DNA of 64,000 nt from NCBI GenBank assembly GCA_026770705.1, contig JANJGN010000034.1, forward strand, positions 4,154,001-4,218,000, in the 5' to 3' direction. Below the pieces are notes generated by a model. That model was not told the DNA's origin, ran no database searches, and saw nothing but the letters and a program-made list of their open reading frames with translations. The stretch is from Isurus oxyrinchus (taxonomy: Eukaryota). Shown here piece by piece: positions 28,201 through 40,200 of this stretch. Every line of letters starts with the position of its first letter. The stretch's first letter is position 1. A program made the translations under genes and the position numbers.

Positions 28201-31200
28201 GCAACGTGACATCTCATGATAACAACGTGTGCAATTGCTGTCGATGTTGTTCAATCGAAAAGAAATGTCATGGGAAAAACATATTTTTATCCCTTTAAAC
28301 TTTCAGTACTCACAAAGAAAGAAGAAGGTAATGATATGTCAGGGTTTTTTTTTAAATTTTGTACCGAATACATAAAACAAAGTTGATAAGCAACTTGTTT
28401 CAAATTTATTCATTGATCATTTTGACGAATGGCATCACAGCATTTGTATTGGGATTGCGTTAGCAGTCAAAGGCAATGTTTTTTTCTCTTCCTAATGTTT
28501 TCTTTGCAGGAATTTTGCACTCTCTAAGATCCAATGCCAAAAAAATATTTGCCCAACTGACAAGCAATCACTAAGCAGAGAGGCGAACGTGATGCACATC
28601 TGTGTATTGCCAACGGTAGTGCTGACAGTATCAGAGTATAAATCAAATAAATTCTTGATCAAGAGTAGATCTTCGGAGGCTTCAGGTGTCAGCTCGCACG
28701 AAGTTGAAGAGGAACCAATGCTACAACTCGGTTAGAAAAGAAGCGACTGTTGTCCAATTCTTTCAAAAATAGAAAATAGTAAAGTGAAGCAGGAGTAGGC
28801 CAGTTGGGCCTTCGAAACCGCCTGATCATTCCATTTGACGCCAATCTTAGTGCCATACTCTAGTGCTCTCAATGTTCCTCTTGATGCCTTGACAGTGCAG
28901 AAAACTATCGATTTTATTTTGCGGTAGACAATTACATACTTTCACCACCCTCTGAGAGAAGCAGTTTCTGCTCTTCTCAGTACTTAATGGCTACCGTATC
29001 CTGAGACCAAACCCCTCCGGCACCCCATACAGAGAAAATATCAAACCTGCATCTAGACTATACATCTCTCTCTCAATTTTATATATTTCAATAAATTTCC
29101 CTCTCATTCTTCTAAACTCAAGCGACTGCATGCCTAGTTAGCCCTGTCTCTCCTGTTACAACAATCATGTCAGTCAGGAAGCAATCTGATGAACATTCGC
29201 TACACTCTGTTTACGGCAAACATATCCTTTCTTAGATAAGATGACCAAAGCTGCATACAATACTCCAGGTGTAGTCTCACCACGGCCCATAAGTTGTAGA
29301 AATACATAATTGTTCCTGAACTCAAACCCTCTCGCAAGGAAGGCAAACATACCATTTGGCTTCTGAACAGCTGGCTGTATCTGCATGCTTGCTTTCAGTG
29401 ATTGATATACAATGACACCCTGGTCCCTTTGTACAACAATATTTCCTAATCTATCAACATTTATGTTCTACCTTGCCATTCCGTATTTCTTACCAAGGCA
29501 AATAATTAACGGCATGCTTATGCACGTTATCCTGCATCAGTCATCAATTTGCCTACTTATGCAAGCTGCCCAAAACAGATTGAAGCCTTTTAAAAACGCT
29601 CCTCATCGCCGACGATCTTACCAAAACATTGTGTTGTCCTCAAACTTGGAAATGTTACATTTGCTTCCATTATCCAAAATCAGTGATCTCTGGCATGAAT
29701 AGCTGGGATCCAAACACGGATCCCTGTGGTATCGCACAATACACCACATGCCACTCTCAAAAAGACCAATTTATTTTCTGTTTTATGTATGCTAACCAAT
29801 TTGGAATCCATATCAATATACTAGACAAATCCCTTTTGCTGAAATTTCACACACTAACCTATGTGGAGCATTAAAAAAAGCTTTCTTATTCAAAAAGTAA
29901 CACATCCACTGCTTTGCCAATTTGTATTCTGCGAGTTATGCACTCAAAGAACTCCAAACATGTATTCCCTTTAATATATTCACATTGTCTTTACGTGGCC
30001 CCATTGATATTTTTCACTGTCCTTTTGTCACTTCATCTATGGTATTCTCTAACATTTTACAAATATTGATGTTATGCTAACTGGTCTGTAGTTCGCTTTT
30101 CTCTCGGCCAATTTATTTAATTACTGGGGTTGCATTTGCCTCCCACCAGTCTGGCAGGGCTCTTCCAGAATGTTTAGAATTTTGGAAAATGATAACCAAT
30201 GCATCTAACATTTCTAAGGCCACCTGCTTTACTGCCCTGGGAAGTCGATTATCACACCCTTGTGACTTATAGTCTTCGAGTTCCATTAATTTCTCTAGCA
30301 TTATTGGTTTTGGTAAAACTAATTTCACTATCTTCCTCTTTCTCCATTTAAGGCTTGGTTCCGATCTACTCCCATGAAAATATTTTCATTTTCTTCCATG
30401 GACTCGGTGCTAAATAAGATTTCTTTAATTTCATCTGTTTGTCAATTCCTTGCTTTATATTCTTATTTCTCTTGCTTCGGACTGTAAGCAACCTAAGTTT
30501 GTTTGTGGCATTCTTCTTCTTATATATTTATGAAAGGTTTTACAGTCTGCTTTTATATCCATTGCAAATGTACTCTCATAGTCTAATCCCCCTCTTAATC
30601 AAACAATTGGTCATCCTTTCTTGAATTATAAACTGCTCCCAGTCTTCAGCCTTGCTAATTTTTCTAGCAAATTTACATGACCCATCGTTGTATCCAGCAA
30701 TAGCATAAATGTTTTTTTATAACCCTGCTTGGGCGGCATTTCCTATTGTGTTATGCGCCCGAAATTTAATACGTAACTGTTGACGTGCATACATTCGTTC
30801 CTTAGACATTAGTCATTGTCTATCTGTCATCATACATTGTAATGAATTTCCACAGTGCATCTAAACCAACTCACACCTCATAGCTTTCGTGGTTGCCTCC
30901 GGTAAGATTTGGACCCTAGCATTGTATCCGACTACTGCACATTCCATCCAAATTAAAATTTATATCATGTTATGGTCACTGTTACCTAAAGGAGCCCGAA
31001 CAGCAGTGCCATACATTATACCGCTTCTATTGCACAATGCCAAATCTAGGATAGCCTGTTTCACAGAATAATGATGACACGTTGAAAGGTGAAAAATAAA
31101 CATTATTGTTTTCTCTTCCACAGCAGTATTTTGTGGCTTTTTTAGGTATTCCTTAAACCTAATGGCAAATGAGATAAAATAATAGTGGGGCAGGATGGTT

Positions 31201-34200
31201 GGAGATCGTAAAAGGAGACAGATCGATTTGACAGGCAACAAGACAGTCTTTGACAGAATGCATAACATGAAGTTGAAATACCATTTGCTGTTTAGAAAGA
31301 AATTAAGCGTTAGTTGTTTACACTTCTTTGATGCTGCTGTCTCATTTGAAGATATTAGCACAGAATTTGAGATTAGACAGAAATTAACATTATAACTAAC
31401 GTCCGAGAATGGGAAGGGAATTCAACGATCTGCAATGATCTTGAACAGCGTCATTTGGAAGGTGTTCAATGTTGCGTAGTTGAAAAAGCGATCCTATAGC
31501 AAATTTTAAAAAAAAAATAATCAGAAATCGGCATTTCTATTGAAAAAGGATATTCTGTTTTAACTTGATGATTGGAAGAGTATGGATGCCAGTCAACAAA
31601 CTATGAAACAACAATATAGGGTAGAAATAATAGGGTTCAGCAGCGATTGTGAAATAGAAAACAAATCAGTGAAACGTGAATTTTGACCAGCCGTTTCATG
31701 CCCTTCAGCTCGTGTGGTTCAATTCTATATTCCAAATGCCATGTGCTTCAGCAATTCAGGAGTCGTACCCGAAATGCACATGAATGGCCAGAAACCCAGA
31801 AAATTCTGAAGCTCGCAAACATGTGTCTAGGATATACGATCTGATCAGTGCATGATTTAACACCAGTCAAATTCAGGACAGCCGAGAAAGCAGAAGAAGT
31901 TAGGAACTTTTATCTCTTGGACACCCTCCGAATGCAATCGTTTGAAAGATAGAGGGCACTTATTTTATAAAAGGATTTAGTTGAAGATTTATGTTGTTAA
32001 TTAAATTGTTATCTTTATCTGCACACTCCAATTGAAAGAACAGTTCCAAAAGTGCCATAAGATTATTTTTACGATGATAATTATTTCATTGAGTCTCATG
32101 CATTCCAAGCCCATACGACGTCTGTTTAGGATTAATTGCATAACGATTGCAATGTCCCAGAATATGAAGCGATTGAGCTAGGCCTACTTCCAGATTTGTC
32201 CGTGAAAATAAATATCAGGTATGATTCCCAATGCTGAGCCATTAGCTTTTCCGAACTCTCTACAGGAACATTTTGACAGAACACAGCAGAACGTGAAAAC
32301 GATTTCCCATGTTTATTTCTGCTTCTGACATTGTGCTAATATATCATCTGAAAATAGATGTTGGGAGAAATACTTTTAATGTCCTTTTAATTCATCTAGA
32401 ATTAATTAAGATGGGAGGAGGTAAGGACACTGTAATTCGTGAAAAAAAAAAAACAAATGCATTAAATAAAGCCGGCAAGCAAACTTCTTCAATATTATGC
32501 ATTTGTCACCTTGACAAGTCATATTCCAGTAACTGGAATAGTTTTTGCGTTGGAGATCAAAAGTAAGGCTTTTACTCTTCCAAATGAAAAAAAAAACAGA
32601 AAATTTCTGCGTTCAATGTCCGATGTATGAAACTCCTCCTCCAACTGGCAAGCAGTGATGCAGCAGACAGAGAGCCGAAAGTGATGTAAGATGTAAATTG
32701 TCAAAATGTTGATGAAGTGACGGCTAATTTTATTAACAGACCATAAATCAGATAAGGGTTTGGAACAAGTTTCGAAAGTCGGAGGCATTAGAAGTAAAGC
32801 TGCATGGAATAGAAAGGAAACCTATGCTTGTCATATTTGTGCAACATCTGGGTGGACAAAGAAGCGACAGTTGCATAATTTAACTTCGAGCGTAATGAAG
32901 GAGGAGCATATTTTAAACATGAATAATGGAAAATTCTTTATATAGAGTAATATAACATTTTGTGACATTTAACTGAACCCTTTAGAATTAAAGTATGCGA
33001 GTTACAATAGTTATTAGGGTGTGATGCCTGGAATTAGAAGGAAGAAGGATATCTATGGGAGAAGCAACAACAGAGTCTTTTGTTCAATTTAGCACTTGGG
33101 ATGAAGTGTTTGCATATCCGTGATGGAACTGGCTCATTTGAGAATAATAGTGCTGGTCTTGAGATAAGGAAGTAATTATTAATACAGCGAACTTTCGAGG
33201 CTGGAGGGGAATTGGACGGTCTGCAATTATCGGAAACAGGGGCGGTTTGCAGTGGTCCAATTGTCTCTAATCATATTGAGCTCCAATAGCATTAACTGAA
33301 TAAATATTCAAAAATCCACATTTGATGAGGAGAGAATGCATAGCAAAATGATTTGGAATCACCGACTATTGAAGCATGTCTACATAGCAGCAAAGTTTGC
33401 CTGTAAAGAATATAACAGGGATTGTGAAACAGAAAACACCTTAGGGGAGATGGACGCTTGCCCAGCGTGGCTCATACCCTTCTGCTCATTTGGGTTCACT
33501 CCTACATTTGAAATGTATACAGGTCAGTAATGCAGGCTTCAAAGCTTAAAGGCAATCGAATTACAAGGACGTTGTAACTTTCAGAATTCCGAAATCACCT
33601 CTTTAGGATAAGTTACTTGAGCAGTGCTTGACTTAGCAATATAGAGAACAACAGTCATCAGGATTCTGAACCCTTGGAAAGGCTCCTGCTGCCATCGTTT
33701 GAAAAACAAATGACACAGATAAAATGAACTGATTTAAACAAATCCAGTAAAGTGGTGAGCATTTATGCTGTAAAGGAATTTATTTTTTTTGATCTACAAA
33801 CACCAATTTGACGAGCTGTTTAAAATGATGCCACAATTCCTTCCCACGCGTATGATGAAGAATAATGAATTGGGAGGTATGCAGCCTACCTTCATCTAAC
33901 AGCAGTTCAGGGATAATTTGCTAATGATCGCAAAGTCCTGGGTTATGAATGAGTCATCTTGACCTACCTATGAACTTATCCCTTATGAAATGCATTGTAT
34001 ACGATTCAGAATCTCTTGATGCTAATAAATATTCCACGGTTCAAATCAAATTTAAATGGCTTCAATATTATTTACGATCCCACTGCATTTAAAACTTTGG
34101 AGGCCGTTGACGCCCTCACTTGTAAATTAACACACAATTATTCTCACTTAAAGTCGGGATTTAAGTTGTTGATCACGAGATCAATGGCATTTTCTCCCAA

Positions 34201-37200
34201 AACCTTTTTTTTTTAAATAACAATGCTTTATTCAAAAGATTCGCAACAAACAAAATGACCAATCGTTTGATCATGTACGCAAATATAGCACGAGAAGACT
34301 GTATGTTAGCTGCTGATTGGCTACACTATATGAAGCTTAAGAACATTTGCCTCATGACGACTAACATTCATGATAATTTGATGTTATTATTTGTTTTGAT
34401 GCATGACACCTAAAACAGCAACAACGCCAATGTACCAACATATTTCCACATTTCCTACTATATCAAAAGCTCTTTTTGAGTAGATGTGATGTCATGCAGA
34501 TGGCAAAGACGATTAAAGTGATGATGATATTCCAGTTTCTTCCAACCATCTTTCTTATTCTTTTAGTTATCTGCCTTTGAATCATTTCTGATTCAAATTG
34601 TGTCCTTGAATACCCTTAATAGATCTGCAAGCAAATTGCTTGAAGCCAAGTCAGTGAAAGTCAGCGTGTCATGAGGTGAACTAAGGCCTCCTCAATGTGC
34701 TGTTGAAAAATGGATTTGAAGCAAGTATGATTTAGAAATTCACCAGTCTCCTGTGACCTCTTACGGAACTGACAAAGTGCCAGGAATGTAAGATAGAAAT
34801 ATGTGACATTTGCATTTCAATCTAATAGATTTGTTTTCGCACCCCACATGATATTATTGAGAGAGGGAGAGAAAGATAAAGAGGGAAAGAGAAAGAGAGA
34901 GCGTGAGAGAGAGAGAGAGAGATGAGAGGGGGAGGGAGTGAGAGAGAGAAAATAGGTGTGGGGGGCCGAGAGAGAAAGAGAGGGTGAGGGAGGCCATCAC
35001 AATTAAGGAATAATTCATATATTAGAAAAGTTCGATTTATAATGCTTTAGTAACAAAGTAGCCATATGTAAAGTGATGATTCATGTCGTTATGGAAATAA
35101 ATTATTTTAACCTAAGCACGTAAATTGAAAGAGTAGCTTCAGGTGATGCCATAAAGTTTTTCCACGTGTACAGTGACAAATTCTTTACTGGGTCACATGC
35201 AGTTTACTTTCTTATAACGGCAGTTGTGGGCTAATTATATAACGGTTGCAAAGCCCCACAATACGTATTGAGTGAGCTATACCTACATCTTGTTTTGACC
35301 CTTTTGTATTACACTGACTGTCGACTCATAAAGTCTTGTTGTTAAGTCGTGCCAACTATCATCATGGTCTCCCTGAGTTTAAAACTTCCATCCACTTTGC
35401 TGTCTCGTTTTTAGCCAAAAAATCAAATGTTCCAAACCTGAAATCGGGATTTGGGTTGCTGATAACATAATCTACGAAAGCACGTCAACGTTCTATTTGT
35501 CAATCTTCTTTTGAAGCCTAATAACGAATAATAGTGCCTAACAACTGCTCACCTTCATAGATATTGCACTCGGTAACTTGATACCAGAAGCTAATTAGTC
35601 ACACACCTTGAAGTAGTTAGGGAAAATTCAGTTTATTATGAATACAAGTAGGTTGGGAGCTTAGCCTAAATAGCCAAGTGGTTATGGTACTGGGTTTGTA
35701 ACCCCAAAATCAAGAGTTCAAATCTCACAATGGCAAACTATGAAACAATGTAAATTCATCTGAAACAGATGGAAACGGGTTTGTACTCGAAAGAGTTACA
35801 AGTAGGTTGGGCTTGGCCCAAATAGCCAAGTGGTTATGGTACTGGGTTTGTAACCCCAAGATCAAGAGTTCAAATCTCACAATGGGAAATAATGTAACTT
35901 CATCTGAAACAGGATTGTACTCGAAAGAGTTACAAATAGTTGTGATATATTGCTTGGCCTAAATAGCCAAGTGGTTATGGTACTGGGTTTGTAACCCCAA
36001 GATCAAGAGTTCAAATCTCATAAAAGCGAAATAATGTAACTTCATTGGAAACAGGTTTGTACTCGAAAGAGTTGCAAGTAGGTTGGGCTTGGCATAAATA
36101 GACAAGTGGTTATGGTACTGGGTTTGTAAGCCCCAGATCAAGAGTTCAAATCTCACAATGGCAAAATATGAAACAATGTAACTTCATCTGATACAGGTTT
36201 ATACTCGAAAAAGTTACAAATAATTGTGATATATTGCTTAGCCTAAGTAGCCAAGTGGTTATGGTACTGGGTATGTAACCCCAAGATCAAGAGTTCAAAT
36301 CTCATATTGGCAAAACTATGAAATAATGTAACTTCATTGGAAACAGGTTTGTACTCGAAAGAGTTACAAGTAGGTTGGGCTTGGCCTAAATAGCCAAGTG
36401 GTTATGGTACTGGGTTTGTAACCCCAAGATCAAAGAGTTCAAATCTCATAATGGCAAACTATGAAACTATGTAACTTCATCTGAATAGGAACAGACTGAA
36501 ACGGGTTTGAACTCGAAAGAGTTACAAGTAGGTTGGAAGGCTTGGCCCAAATAGCCAAGTGGTTATGGTACTGGGTTTGTAAATGCAAGATCAAGAGATG
36601 GAATCTCACAATGGCTAACTATGAAACAATGTGACCTCTGGGTCAGTGAATGTGGAAACTGCACCTGGAAACAGTCTGGGGACAGCTAGAGTTGCCTGAT
36701 TGGCTGCTAATCCTATTGGAGTATTAATAACAGGTCCGTTCACACCTGGGTATTAAATGCTCCTAATTATTCTAATATCTGAAGGTATGTCCCCCAAGCT
36801 CCCATGCGAGCTTGGCCTAAATAGCTAAGTGGTTATGGTACTGGGCTTGTAACCCCAAGATCAAGAGTTCAAACCTCACAATGGGAATCAATGTAACTTC
36901 AACTGAATAGGAACAGATGGAAACGTGTTTGTACTCAAAAGAATTACAGCATTAACAGAGCTCACTTTGGTACATAGGCTCTTACATTCTAACATACCTA
37001 ACAAGAAGAATGCGCTTTTGGCCTAAATAGCCAAGTGGTTATGGTACTGGGTTTGTAACCCGAAGATCAAGAGTTCAAATCTCACAAAGGCAAACTATGA
37101 AACAATGTAAGTTCATCTGAAACAGATCGAAATGGGTTTGTACTCGAAGGAGTTACAAGTAGGTTGCAAGGCTTGGCCTAAATAGCAACTGGTTATGGTA

Positions 37201-40200
37201 CTGGGCTTGTAACCCCAAGATCAAGAGTTTAAATCTCACCATGGCAAATTATGAAACAATGTAATTTTATCTGAATAGGAACAGATGGAAACGTGTGTGT
37301 ACTTGAAAGAGTTACAAGTAGGTTGTAGTTTCTCTTTTGTTGATTTTATAACAGCAAATAACGCCATTTTGCCTAAATACTTCAAACAATTGACATTTAT
37401 CAACTTCACCATTAGGTGAAATATAATGCCATATATCCTACTATAGCAAAACTGAAGTTGGCTATAATCCAGATTCTTCAAACCACCTTATTGTTGTTGA
37501 CGTTTCCTGCCATTGAATCATTTCTGAAGGTAATAATGTCCCTAAAAACCTAAATTATTGTTAGATTTGTACCAAATGACTTGGAACTTTTTCTGAGAAT
37601 GGTTGTTTGATATGAGATGGCCTGATAGCTCGTCAAAGAAGATATGAAATGTGGATTTGTTTTCAGCGTGATTTGAATAGTAATATGGATATAAACACAG
37701 AAGATGTTAACACTCACAGGACTGAAAAAAAGTGCCAGGAGTGTAAGGCAGGAACGTTGCGGTACATTTCTGTGAAAGTCCAGCAGGAAGAGAGATATGG
37801 CTACGAATGCGGTTGTGAAGGATTTTGGTGAACCCACCCTAAATTCAATATGACCTTATGCAGTGAGAAGTCTCGCAAAAGCTAGATCCCACTTTTGTTT
37901 CGGTGTTAATTGCTCATCAACATTTCATGAAGAGGGAAAGATATTTTTTGCCTTTTTTCACCATGAAGAGGCAAAGAAGAAGGACAACGGCAATGCCAGA
38001 AATTTCCTTATAAAAGCAAGGGCATAAAAAACAGTTGACGAGCTATCTTTTTCAGATTGATCTATGAGTGCCTTTCAAAAATGATGACCCGGTATCTCGA
38101 ATATTGTTTGTGATGTAGGCCAAGGACAATGTGTTTGATCCTCCTAATAACTAATTGGATGACATTTCTCCTCGTCAACATCGGATGAAGGCAAGTATTC
38201 TCCCAAATGAGAACTCATGACGAAGTAGAGAGAGAGATGGACGCGATGTACAACGTAAGTGTGTATTATTGTAATTTACAGAATGTTTTTGAAAATCAGA
38301 GCATAAATTGGGAAGGGCATTTGAACATTTCATAATATCGGAGCTATCAGTGCATCAACTTGAAAAGTAAACAATGCTTTTGATACTATTGCTCCTACTG
38401 GAAGGGTGATAATGCAATGAAATATCCGCTGTCAAATATGTCAGGAGCATAAGAATGAAACGTTGAAACATGAACATATTTTTATTGTGCAACATTGAGA
38501 ATTGTTTACCTATTTAACAGCAGCATAATATTTCATATTTTGCTAGTTTGTCACTAAGCCTTTTAGTATGATTTCAAGAGAGATACAAGGATAGAAGGGC
38601 TTGAAGTCTGGAGTTCCTAGAAACACAGACATCGATTGCAGCGGCAACAACAATCTTGGAATCTATGGAATTATGTTTGATGTTGCATTTAGAAGGGACT
38701 GAGATGCCAGGTACCTGATTTTCCTTGGTAATGCTGGCTCAGGTGAGGGTAATAACGCAGAACTTTAGATGAGATATCGGTTCATATTCCTACGCACATA
38801 GAAGCCTGGAGAGAAAATGTGATCTTCTGCAATTATCAGGAACAGGGAGCTAAGGAATATTTCATCCCTCTGTAATAGTAAAGCAGATTTATTTTTTGTT
38901 GATAAATTTCAGTAAGTCAGTCAAAAATCCATATATGATGCGATTAGAATGCACAGGTAGATCTACTTGACTTAGAGAGTGCTGATTCCCAGTCAACCTT
39001 GCATCAGACATTAGAATACCTGTTACTAGTAAAGTAGTTTAATCAATATTGTGAAAGCTTTAAGGATTTGATGAAAACTGGGAGTCCTGAGCAGCGTAGC
39101 TTCGTGCAGTGCTGTTTGCATGGCGTTCCTTTGATAAACCAAAGGCTTCTGATTCACGAATTTGGATGTCATAACTGAAATTAATATGAATTAGCATAAA
39201 GACAGAACATTCAGAATCCTCAATACAAATATCTTGCATAAACTGTTTGAGGAGTTTTTGATTTGGAAACATTAAAATTAAGAGCAATTTATAACAGAGC
39301 AGTCATTAAGGAAAGAGATTGCTTGGATACGCACTGACCTCCATTGTTTGATAAACATATGAGGCAGATTTAAGGAGCTGAAAATTATTTGGAAGTGAGG
39401 CGAGGTTTTAAGCTGTTGACAAAATATGTTACTTTGATGAGTGCACAAAGATCGAAAGAGCATTTTTGATGATGCCATATTACTTTTTGCAATTGTAAAG
39501 CGCCCAATACTTGATTGTGATGCAGGCATTCTCACTGAAAATAAGCGTGGTGTAGGGACAATTACATAGCTATTGCTAAGTCCCAGGATCTGAAACGATT
39601 GAGCTGGTCCTCCCTTTCGTTCTGTCCCAGCAGAATTGCACTGCCTTGGATTCAGAACGACTTGATTTTAACAGCGTTATTCCAGTTTTCATATCCCAAT
39701 TAATTGATTCCAAATTATTGAAGGCCTTCCTGCATTTAAAAGCTTTGATTACTTTGCCGTCTGTTTTCCAACTTAAAACTCAATTATTCCCTTCTTGGAG
39801 CTGGGAATTCAATAGCTGATAAAGTAATCTGCGATATTTACTCTCCAAAAACTTCTAAAACCTATTCATCTTTTGTTGCCTGAAAGTCGCTTAAATAAAA
39901 ACTATGCCTAAAGATCTTATTACCTTTACTAATTTCACTCTTGAGGACTTGATGCTAAATGTAGGTTTTCACAGCGCTTGAAGCAGTTCATGAAGATTGA
40001 CCTTATTATGAATAACATTAGGTACAACCTCATGTTCTTCTTTAGCCTGATGGTTGGTATTAAAAGAAATGAATGCCACTTTACCTAAATATTTCCAACA
40101 TGTCGCATATATCAAACGCTGCATTGGCAGCAAGGTGATGTATCGTGCATTACTCAATAACTCGGTCTTGGTTCCCTAGATGCATTCAAATATCTTTCTT

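Noticed and set aside
35663-37245. Functional tRNA-Thr gene cluster or CRISPR array
   Set aside because: The cloverleaf stems are mispaired in every copy. The repeats are ~130+ bp, the context is eukaryotic and there are no cas genes.
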